Below are positions 1-8,644 of a stretch of 24,839 nt of DNA, in pieces. Within the stretch, counting starts at the first letter, position 1. Each line of letters begins with the position of its first letter. A program made the translations under genes and the position numbers. The notes under the pieces were generated by a model. The model was not told the origin of the DNA. It did no database searches and saw only the letters and a program-made list of their open reading frames with translations. Origin of the DNA: a virus; IMG/VR virus record IMGVR_UViG_3300045125_000169, positions 1-24,839 of that record; one strand, written 5' to 3'.

Positions 1-492
1 ATGGGGTTTTTGCATCGTCTTTTAGCAGCACCGCAGAGAGGCCGAGATCGGGCTTCAAAAGCCTTGCATAGTGAATTGATCGCCACAATCGCAGATCATT
101 TGGTGAAAATCATGATCTACGGCCAGTATGCAGACCACCGCGCAAAGTGGGTGAAAGACATAGCAAGACAACTACGTGAACTGACTTTTTTGGTCAGCAA
201 ATTCTCTGTGCGCAAAAACCCAGACAATCCTGCGGATAGGACACGAGTGATTAAAGAAATGCACTTTAAATCCAAAGACGTCATGAAAGCACTCGATGAC
301 GAAACTTCAGATGCTTACTGGCGAGTTATAGAAGATGCAAGTTATGCTAACCTTAATATTCAAGACCCAAAAGGCATCGAACGCGGCGTTTTTTCTAAAC
401 TTGGTTTCTCAATCAAAGATGCAGAAGGGCCTCTTGGTAAAGGTTTTCGTCTGTACTATCAAGGTGAGCTTTTAGTCGATTCGTCAAACTGA
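1..492 (+). CDS. Hypothetical protein, weak DUF29-like N-terminal half; carries MGFL.. leader
   Basis: 163-aa ORF ending at a terminator. IADHLVKIMIY..KWVKDIARQLREL loosely resembles the DUF29 pattern (HLLK..W...I..QR..L). The upstream RBS is outside the window. Confidence 0.55.
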   Translation: MGFLHRLLAAPQRGRDRASKALHSELIATIADHLVKIMIYGQYADHRAKWVKDIARQLRELTFLVSKFSVRKNPDNPADRTRVIKEMHFKSKDVMKALDDETSDAYWRVIEDASYANLNIQDPKGIERGVFSKLGFSIKDAEGPLGKGFRLYYQGELLVDSSN

Positions 493-502
493 ATTTTAGC
501 TC

Positions 503-541
503 AAAAAAGAAAGAGGACACTCACGGGTGTCCTCTTTTTTC
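503..541. terminator. Bidirectional intrinsic terminator
   Basis: Stem AAAGAGGACAC (510-520), loop TCACGG, GTGTCCTCTTT (527-537), with an A-run on the left and a T-run on the right. It lies between convergent genes. Confidence 0.9.
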
Positions 542-961
542 AGGGCTGAAAGAATCGTTTAGTGACCACAGGCTTCAAGTCAACATGAACCCAGTTCGAG
601 TTTGGCAAGTCTTCCATCCGACACTTCCAACCTTCGAGCTTGGGCAACAGCAGTTTGCGCACGTCGTCACAATCCATCCCTTTCACACTAAAGTCACACG
701 CCAAACCCTCAAGATGGGCCGATTGAGGTCTACCACCTATTTGCTTATTGTATTCTGAAGGGCGTATCATACAATGAACAACAATCTCTTTATTGCCCAA
801 AAAAGCCCTGATCTTTTCCATGAGCTGACACGTCAGAATTAAGTTAGCCTGTTCCTGGGTAGAAGGGCTATGCAACTTCCCCAAGACGGTAACCAACAAG
901 CGTCCTTCACCGTAAAATTTGTGGTGACTTTGCTTTTAGCGTCCTGCCAGTTGATCGGCAT
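540..961 (-). CDS. Peptidase M15 family (M15A/M15_3-like) Zn D-Ala-D-Ala peptidase, putative endolysin; 1-nt frameshift near 879-882
   Basis: Motifs R..YNKQIGG..SAH.EG.ACD and WVHVD. The true start appears to be ATG at 961 (SD AAGGGG upstream), giving MPINWQDAKSKVTTNFTVKDACWLPSW. One extra base in the C4 run joins this to GKLHSPSTQEQANL. Confidence 0.8.
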
Positions 962-984
962 ATTCTTGCCCCTTTGTTTGGTTT

Positions 985-1185
985 TTAAGCATTAACCAAG
1001 AGGACAAAAAACGGATAAAGAACAACGTAAGCCGCAAACCCAAGGCAAAGAGTCAACACAAAAAAGCAAAGAGCCAGACCGGGATAAAACCTCCAATCCA
1101 AGGTTTTCTGATCCAAGCGGTAGATGCAGTAGGTCACGTAAGCCAACAAGATGCCCAGCCACGCAAAAAACGATATTTGCGCCAT
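985..1185 (-). CDS. Small two-TM membrane protein (holin-like candidate)
   Basis: 66 aa with two hydrophobic stretches separated by RLDQKTLDWRF. SD GAGGA upstream. Co-oriented directly upstream of the M15 gene. The holin role is inference only. Confidence 0.55.
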   Translation of the reverse strand: MAQISFFAWLGILLAYVTYCIYRLDQKTLDWRFYPGLALCFFVLTLCLGFAAYVVLYPFFVLLVNA

Positions 1186-1268
1186 GTGCTATCCTCAGCC
1201 ATAATGTAAAAAAACCAAGCCGCCTCTTACCAAATCTTTCAAAGACCGCACAAAATCTGGGGGTACTC

Positions 1269-4200
1269 ATGTCTCGACCTAAGGACAACTCTTTCGACCC
1301 ACTGGCACTGATCGAAAACTCGATCAGCCAAGGGCTCGATCCCTCAGTCGTCCAAGAAATTGACGAGCGAGATCTTAACTGGTGCCCGAACGTCGCCCGC
1401 TGGGTCCTAGACCACGACTACCTCGGAGCCGAAACAATTTATCCCCTTCAGCTTCAAGTCATGCTCAGACTCTTCGGAGATGTCTGCCCCTATTGCTCGG
1501 ACTGGGAGTTCTACTCCAAAGATTGGGACGTGCTCATGCCCGTGGGCAACGCACTCGACAAACTACAACTCCTAGAGTTCGGTGTGTGCCCTAAGTGTCA
1601 CACCAATAGGACCGAACATTACAAGGAAGGATTCTGGTTTTTCCCTGAAGAATTAGACCTTTGCTGGGGCATGCGATGCCAGCCAAGTACCTGGATTTAT
1701 TCGGAAAAAGGACTTCTTAGGCTTGAAAAAGTGGGGGTCGGCGACATACTTACACATGGTTCTGTTTCGGAAACTTTTCAGTCTGGTCTTCTTGACTGCT
1801 TAATCTTTACGACTGACATGAACTGGGTCGTCAAAGGTTCTAAAAAATCGCACATTCTACCTGTTCTGAACGAGAATTTCGACTTTGAGCACAAGAAAAT
1901 GCACGACTGTAAAGTCGGCGACGTGCTCATTATGTATTTGCCAAATTTGTGGCCTAAAAAGACTTTTCAACTGGTTCCGTTCGTTCAAGAAAGCGGCAAT
2001 AAAACATTTACCTACCCTACTGAAGTTACCGCACCGTTGGCTCGTATATTGGGCTATCTGGTATCAAATGGATGCTACACAAAAGATACTGGTGTCCGGT
2101 TTATGACCAACGATGTTGTGGTTGCTCAAGACTTTACGGAGTGCTGCCTAGCTGCCTTTGGTGACGCACCTAGACTGAGTAAGTCTTACGAATGTAAGGA
2201 CGGTAAGCTCTACCAAGAGTTTGCCTTGAACGGCAAGGGACTTGTGGAATATTTGCGACACATCGGCCTCTCGCCAGCCACGGCTCATACTAAGGTTATT
2301 CCTGACTGTATCCTTCAGTCGCCTAAAGAGATTGTTTGCGAGTTTCTGGCGGGTCTTTTCGGTGGTGACGGTGGTGTTTATGCTGAGGTGATGCCTAATG
2401 GCCGTAGAAAGGTTCTCCTCTACTACACGACGGTCTCGAAGGAGTTGATGGAGCAGGTTCGTTTGTTACTTTTGAACCTTGGGATTGTAACTCGTTGTGC
2501 CAAGATGAAGTCCAAGGGTTTTGGCATTGCGAATGAGTATGTCCAGGACTTTAGTGGGGATAATGAGGAGCGTGTTAGTTACACGATTTCGACCAAGAGT
2601 TCTGAGTACGTTAAGATATTCAGGGATCATGTCAGGCTTGCCTCAAAAGAGAAAAACGACGTCCTTGCTTCTGTCACGGCTTCTGGCCGCACGAAGTACG
2701 TGACTCCTGTGGGAGAGTTCACGAGAAAGAATGCTCCTGCCAAGCTCCGGGCTTTGATTGACCAGGGTTACTTCTTCGTCAAGATCAAGGACATTAAAGA
2801 GGGTGAGCCCGAGGAGATGATGGACGTTCATATCCCTGGCACCAACATTTATACGGGTGGCGGTTTTGTCCACCACAACTCGGGGAAATCAGCCGTAGTT
2901 GGTATGATTGCAAGCTACGTTTTGCATCGTTATTTAAAGATTCCTGATCCTGCTGCCTACTTCAACTTGCTCAAAGGCTCTCTCTTGGTGATGCGGTTTG
3001 TGGCGTTGACGGCGGGGCAGGCGAGTGAGTCGATTTGGCATCAGTTTGTCCGGTCGGTTGAGAACTGTACTTGGTTCAATCAATATCATGACTTTTTAAA
3101 AGGTCATGAAAAGAGGCTTGGGATAGAGCTTGTGAAAGTCATGACGCAGTACATTGCTTATCCGCATAAGAAGCTCACGGCTTATTATCTAGGAGCGTCG
3201 ATTGATAGCTCACGGGGTCGAACGGCGTTCTTTACCGCGTTTGACGAAATTGGCTGGTGGTTAGGTAATGAGGCCGCGAAAAGAGCGAACGCGAGCGAGA
3301 CGTATGCTGCATATGAGAAAGCCTCTCGAACGGTGCGCAACAATGCCATGTCGAAGTTCAAGCGTGGGTATTGTGACGTTCCGACTGCGATCTTAGCGTG
3401 TGTGTCTTCGACGTCATCAAAGACGGACTTTATTATGCGTCTTATTCGCCAGTCGAAGACGGACAAAAAGAAGGTTGGTTCGCACAAGGCTTCTTGGGAG
3501 GTCAACCCTGAGTTTGCGATCAATCCTGAGGAGCTTCAGACGGAGCGGGAGAGAAACCCTAAGACGTTCCATCGGGACTATGGGTCGGTGCCGCCTTTTG
3601 CCGATGATCCGTTTTTCGACAATGAGGAGACGATTCAGAAGATTGTCAAATTAGAGGTTCCGAGTTGGCCTGTGTACCGTGAGAGCAGTGCGGTTGGGGC
3701 TTTTCTGAATGCGACGGAGTTGGACCGGAATGACTCTGTTCCTTATCTTTTGGCGATTGACCTTGGCAAAAGTTACTCGGGTTATGCTGCGGCTTTGCTC
3801 AAGTTGAGGAGAGTGACTTCTCGGTAGCTCAGGTGGCTGGGTTATTTGCTTTGTATCCGAATAAAGCCCAGACCATCGACTTAAGTTCGATGTTTACGAT
3901 GTTTATCAAGAAGCTCTGTGAGAAACTTCGGATTGTGATGGTTGTCTACGACCAGTGGCAATCGAAGACGCAGATTGATGAGTTAAAAAATTTAGGGATT
4001 CGTGCTGAGTCGTATTCTTTGACCTATGCGAACTTTCAGACGTTCAGGACGCAGGTGGGTCAGCAGAAACTAGAGATTTGTTCCCCTGAGATGTCGATGT
4101 CTCAGGCGGAAGCATCGTCGGAAGCCTTGGAGGACATTTTATTTACGCGGCCCTACTTGCACTTGATTTGGCAGATGCTTTCGGTCTCTGAGGTTGGCAA

Positions 4201-4483
4201 CAAGGTGACGAAAGGCGAGGGTCACGACGACTTGTTCAGGGCGGTTGTTCTTGGTTGTCATTACCTATGGAACGAAAAGTACCGACCTCTTTTCGAGTAC
4301 AAGTCGGGGATGGCCTATTCAAGGCGTGATGGTGCGGGGGCTCATAAGGGGCGGCTTGCGCTTGCGGGTGGCTCGCGGGGTTCGGGTCAAATGTATTCGA
4401 GCACGGGTGTGACCGCTGGGGTGAGTTCAGCCACGTCACCGAAAGGTAGACCTTTGGGGGTAGTCATCCCTCGGTCGAAATAA
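1269..4483 (+). CDS. terL: Terminase large subunit with intein; 1-nt frameshift near 3808-3812
   Basis: Spliced Walker A WGMR|SGKS, Walker B TAFDEIG, nuclease motifs LAIDLG, VVYDQWQS and GHDDL. ORF 3833..4483 is the nuclease C-terminus. One added base in AGGAGAGT gives LKLRESDFSVAQVAGLF. Confidence 0.92.
1677..2879 (+). mobile_element. Intein (~401 aa) with LAGLIDADG homing-endonuclease domain
   Basis: Starts at Cys (CQPSTWIYSEKG) and ends MMDVHIPGTNIYTGGGFVHHN, followed by Ser+1. Endonuclease motifs ILGYLVSNG and FLAGLFGGDG. Removing it restores GMRSGKS. Confidence 0.95.
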
Positions 4484-4523
4484 AACAAGCGGTTAGATTT
4501 AATAAAAATCAGGGGTAGGGTCC

Positions 4524-4844
4524 ATGACCAAAGATGAATTATTAGTCAAAGTGAAAGCGGCTCGTCCGAATAAAACGGAAGCAGCTTGTCGCGCCGTGGC
4601 TTCCGACCTGTACTACAGTGGTGAGTACACGGATGCTTCTAGCTTTGAGCGCGACGACGTGGTTTTAGATCGGCTGTTTTTGGCTTACTCCGAGAAAGCC
4701 AAGTTCCAAAAACAGAAGGTTGCGGCTGACGATCCTGCCCTGTGTCCTCTGTGCAAACGCAGGTTAACTCCTGTCAAACTTGATCCAGATCGTAAGGCTG
4801 TTTGGTGCTCCACTCATTTTGTTGTCTATCCTTATAAGGACTAA
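4524..4844 (+). CDS. Hypothetical protein with C-terminal Zn-ribbon
   Basis: 106 aa, CPLC..(17)..CSTH. Purine-rich SD upstream. Lies between terL and the portal gene. Confidence 0.7.
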   Translation: MTKDELLVKVKAARPNKTEAACRAVASDLYYSGEYTDASSFERDDVVLDRLFLAYSEKAKFQKQKVAADDPALCPLCKRRLTPVKLDPDRKAVWCSTHFVVYPYKD

Positions 4845-4847
4845 GGG

Positions 4848-5180
4848 ATGAGCTTTCTGCAATCTTTGGAAAAGAGATATGCTGAGTGCCAAGCTGGTGT
4901 TTATAAAGCTCGTTCCGTCAAAAAGCGGGATGAGCCTCAGGAAGCACCTAAGGGTTCGTCACAATTTGCTGCCCTTCAGACCACGTTATCGTCTAAGATA
5001 GTTGCAGATCTTTTCAAGAAGATAAAAAGCAAGGGTAATTTGAGTTCTAAGGACTTGCAGGCTTTAGCTAACGTGAGTCCTAAGATTCTTGGTGCTTTGC
5101 TTTTAGATATGCGGGTTTTGACCAAGGCCAAGCAAGCGAGTTTTGTTCGCAAGCTCTCGGAAGCGATGCTTAAAAAATAG
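4848..5180 (+). CDS. Basic hypothetical protein with MSFL leader
   Basis: 110 aa, Lys-rich, tightly packed in the operon, SD AAGGA upstream. Confidence 0.7.
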   Translation: MSFLQSLEKRYAECQAGVYKARSVKKRDEPQEAPKGSSQFAALQTTLSSKIVADLFKKIKSKGNLSSKDLQALANVSPKILGALLLDMRVLTKAKQASFVRKLSEAMLKK

Positions 5181-5191
5181 AGGTACGAGCT

Positions 5192-7085
5192 TTGGGTTAT
5201 TTTGACTTTAAAAAGACTGTCGCTGGAAATTATCTCGATAGGCGTAATCCTCCTTATCGTGCGGCTACGGCTGGTCTTGCCAGTAAACAGTCCTTAGCAA
5301 ACTTCGATCAAAGCCGTTTCAATCCGCAAAAAGACCGCTTGGAAGAGGGGTCGATTATCGAGGATTGGATCCCAAGGCAACCGACAAACCTGCATCTTCT
5401 GTTCCGAAAAATTTATCTGCGCGATGCGATTTCAGGTTCTGTTGTGGACATTTTTTCCTCTTTGCCTTGGGGGAAAATTTACGAGCTTATCGGGATCGAC
5501 GACCCCAAAGTGATGCAGATGTATCACGACATGCTTGAGGCTTTGGAGATTTGGAACGATCTCTCCATGATCTCAAGGGAGCTTTTGATTATCGGTCGTA
5601 TGGTTGGTTCCATGGTTTTTAATGAGCAAAAGGGGCTTTGGGACTCGCTGGTTCCGATCGACCCCGATCAGGCTCGGTTGACGCCTGTTCCGACAGACAC
5701 AAAGCCTTTGGTGGATGTGTTGTCGAGCCCAGCGTGGCGTGAGTTTTCACGGTCTACCGACCCGCGTTTGGTTGAGGTTAAAGAGAAGCTACCAAAAAAT
5801 GTGCTAGAAATGTTGCAAAACACTTCGGGCTATCTGCCTCTTGACCCTCTGAATACTCTCTTCCTGGCGCGAAGGGTGAATCAGTACGATAAAATCGGCA
5901 CCTCTCTTTATACACGGGTTCTTCCTGCGTGGGCTTATGAAACGGCTCTTTGGAACGCCTCTCTTACGGGTGTTCGTCGTCGCAATCGCAGCATTTTGCT
6001 TTTAACGGCTGGTATTCAAGATCAGTGGGAACCAAATGACGACGAGCTAGGGGCTTTGACGCAGCTATTTATGCAAGCCGACGAAGACCCAACGGGTGCG
6101 GTGATTGCGGTGCGGCAAGGGGTTGATGCTTCGGAGATTCGTGACCCTTCGAGCATTTGGGGAATTTCCCAGGAGTATGACTTTTTAACAACTTTGAAAA
6201 TGCGGGCGCTTGGGGTTTCCGAGGCGTATCTCTCGGGTGAAGTGAACGTCTCGACCATGGAAGCTGCACGGACCTCTTTGGGCAAACAGCTTGCGACCTT
6301 TCGGGACATGGTTATCACCGAGATCTTTCAGCGTCAGCTTTTCCCGACGTTTGCTCGTATTCACAATTTTCAAAAACGGACCAAGGCGGAACTAGACCAT
6401 GGGATTCGTTTGACCCCAGGTTCTCGCGCTGATCGAGAAGCCGAGTATGAGCGCAGGATGCGCGAGAACGACCGTTTGTCGCAGTGGGGCTTTCCTGTTG
6501 TTTCTGCAAAAATGTCTCTTGACATTCCCACGGAAGCTCTTTTGCTGCCTCGCCTTATCACTGAGGACACTTTGCGCCCTGAGCAGGACGTAGCTTACCT
6601 CGAAATGCTCGACAAGATCGCAGAGAAGGGGGTGCCTGTCCCGCTGCGCATTTGGGCCTCTGCCGCAGGTTATGACTTGGATAAAGCCATGGCTATGATG
6701 GAAGAGGATGCCGTTCTCAAAAAGCGCATGGCTCAGTTGACCACGAACAGTGAGCAAGCGGGTGCTCCTGCGGGTGGTGATGGGGGAGGTGGGGACGAAG
6801 AAGATCTATTCGGTGGTGGTGGACCTGACGAGGCAGGAGTTGGCCGAACTGCGACCATTCCTCCCAAGTGGGATTTTACAGGAGTGCAAAAACTTGATCG
6901 GATCAAACCCATGAACAACTTCCGCCCTGTTGAAGCCAATTTTGAGAGCAATCCCTATCACAAGATCTATGCGAAAATAAATCCAAGGTATCTCTCTGAG
7001 CTTAACGTCCCCTCTGACCGCATCTTGGTGCCGTATCAGCCCACGGAACAGATTATGGATAAAAGAGTTGAGGAAAGCACCATGA
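5192..7085 (+). CDS. Portal-like protein (~630 aa); probably ends at TGA 7083-7085
   Basis: Located after terL. TTG start with SD GAGGT. Helical core (FRKIYLRDAISGSVVD, GTSLYTRVLP, ALGVSEAYLSGE) followed by an acidic Gly-rich tail. Removing one A at 7061-7064 gives ..MDKELRKAP* with an ATGA overlap. Confidence 0.7.
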
Positions 7086-8632
7086 AGTGGAAGGCAAAAG
7101 TTGATGGCCGTTGGTATGAGGTGGTAGACGTCGAAGACCAAGGAGACGGTCTTCCCAATTTATATCATTTAAGAAATCGCGCACCTGTCAACCAAGACGA
7201 AGTTGAAGACTTGGATGTTGCGGCCAGTGTGTCGTTTATTCCGCAGTTGGAGGTTCTTGCTCGTAAAAAAGACCGTAGACGTGAGATGATCCAAAAAGAA
7301 CTTCGTCAGCGCGATAAAATCAAAAAAAATAAAAATCAAAAACAGACACCACCAACTCAAAAAATACAGCCAAAAAAAGTAAAAAAACCAAAAGATCCAC
7401 AACAACAAACTCAGCAAGAAAAAATGGGTTTGAATAAATACGGTAACCTCCCTGCGACGAGAGAAGAAAAAAAAGTTGTTGAACCTGAGCTTCTTGATGA
7501 GAACAATCAGCCTATTGTAGACAAAAATGAAAATGAATCCCAAATAGATGATAGTCACAATGATTCACGCGGAGCACAAGATCACGCCTCTCTGCAAAAG
7601 ATCCGCTCCATGGAGAATCCAAAGTTATTTGTGGTTATTTTTAGAAATAATCGCGACGGCGAATCTAAATTCCTGAATATGACGAAGAGCTTGACAGACA
7701 CACAACATTCGATGCTCTTTTTCAAAGGGGATCGCGGCGATCTGCAAGGTCTGTACGCCTTTTTCATGTCTGGGTCTAAAGAACCTGAATTTGAACGTGT
7801 AGCCAAGCCTCTTGGTAGTCCCTATATGTTTGTAGAATTACCAGAAGACTTCTTTGCGCAGGACTCTCCTTTTGATAACATTTCTTTCACTGAACTAAAT
7901 CAGGCTTTAGCTGGTGATGAAACACGGCTTAAGCGAGAGTTGAACGAGATCATGCACCGCATCAGTGACGTTGGTCCTGGAGGACAGATCTCGGCGATTC
8001 GCATGTCTTCGGAAATCCCCTTAGATTATTCTCGATTTATTAGTATCGAACATCGACCGATTGAATATTACCTTGGGGGCCATCCATCTAACGCTGGTAC
8101 TCCAGGAACGCAATTCGTCTTAGCAACAGAGGCTGAAAGCCGTATGTTCATCAAGACGATGAACGGGTTCAAACCTCTAGCCTCGTTCTTCAATGACTTG
8201 TACTACGTTTCAGATATTGATCCTGACTTCAAGGATTATAATCCCCTGAAGATTAGCCCATGTCGTGCTTTGATTTTACAAGCGAAGCAAAAGTTCGACA
8301 TGCAGGGGAAAGTCACTATTGATGCTGGTTCACGATGGCTTATGGACGAAAGCGATAAGATAGCACCTGGGAAACCTTTTAAAGATATTGTAACGCAGCA
8401 GGAACTTTTAGAAGCCTTCGTTCGAGTATTTATGGAAAGAACTCAGGGATCTAAACCTGGAAAATTTGTTAAAAGACGATATTACATTGGCAATGATTGG
8501 GTGCATATCAATAGAGATGGGAGTGTCGCCATTTTATGGGGTGCTCGGACCAGTGCCATATCCTTGGATAAGCAAAAAGTTTTAAAACATCTGCCCTTTG
8601 TAAAAGATGCGCTTCTCACATTCTTAAAGTAG
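7082..8632 (+). CDS. Hypothetical ~516-aa protein (fused to the portal in the ORF track)
   Basis: ATG at 7082 preceded by SD GAGGA. K/Q-rich basic tract at ~7260-7470, then an unrecognised globular region. Confidence 0.55.
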   Translation: MKWKAKVDGRWYEVVDVEDQGDGLPNLYHLRNRAPVNQDEVEDLDVAASVSFIPQLEVLARKKDRRREMIQKELRQRDKIKKNKNQKQTPPTQKIQPKKVKKPKDPQQQTQQEKMGLNKYGNLPATREEKKVVEPELLDENNQPIVDKNENESQIDDSHNDSRGAQDHASLQKIRSMENPKLFVVIFRNNRDGESKFLNMTKSLTDTQHSMLFFKGDRGDLQGLYAFFMSGSKEPEFERVAKPLGSPYMFVELPEDFFAQDSPFDNISFTELNQALAGDETRLKRELNEIMHRISDVGPGGQISAIRMSSEIPLDYSRFISIEHRPIEYYLGGHPSNAGTPGTQFVLATEAESRMFIKTMNGFKPLASFFNDLYYVSDIDPDFKDYNPLKISPCRALILQAKQKFDMQGKVTIDAGSRWLMDESDKIAPGKPFKDIVTQQELLEAFVRVFMERTQGSKPGKFVKRRYYIGNDWVHINRDGSVAILWGARTSAISLDKQKVLKHLPFVKDALLTFLK

Positions 8633-8644
8633 TGGATTCAAAAA

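Noticed and set aside
992-1288. 98-aa minus-strand ORF
   Set aside because: It overlaps both the better-supported 985..1185 gene (clear SD) and the terL start.
7169-7558. Hydrophobic Phe-rich minus-strand ORF resembling a membrane protein
   Set aside because: It is the reverse complement of the A-rich Lys/Gln tract on the + strand.
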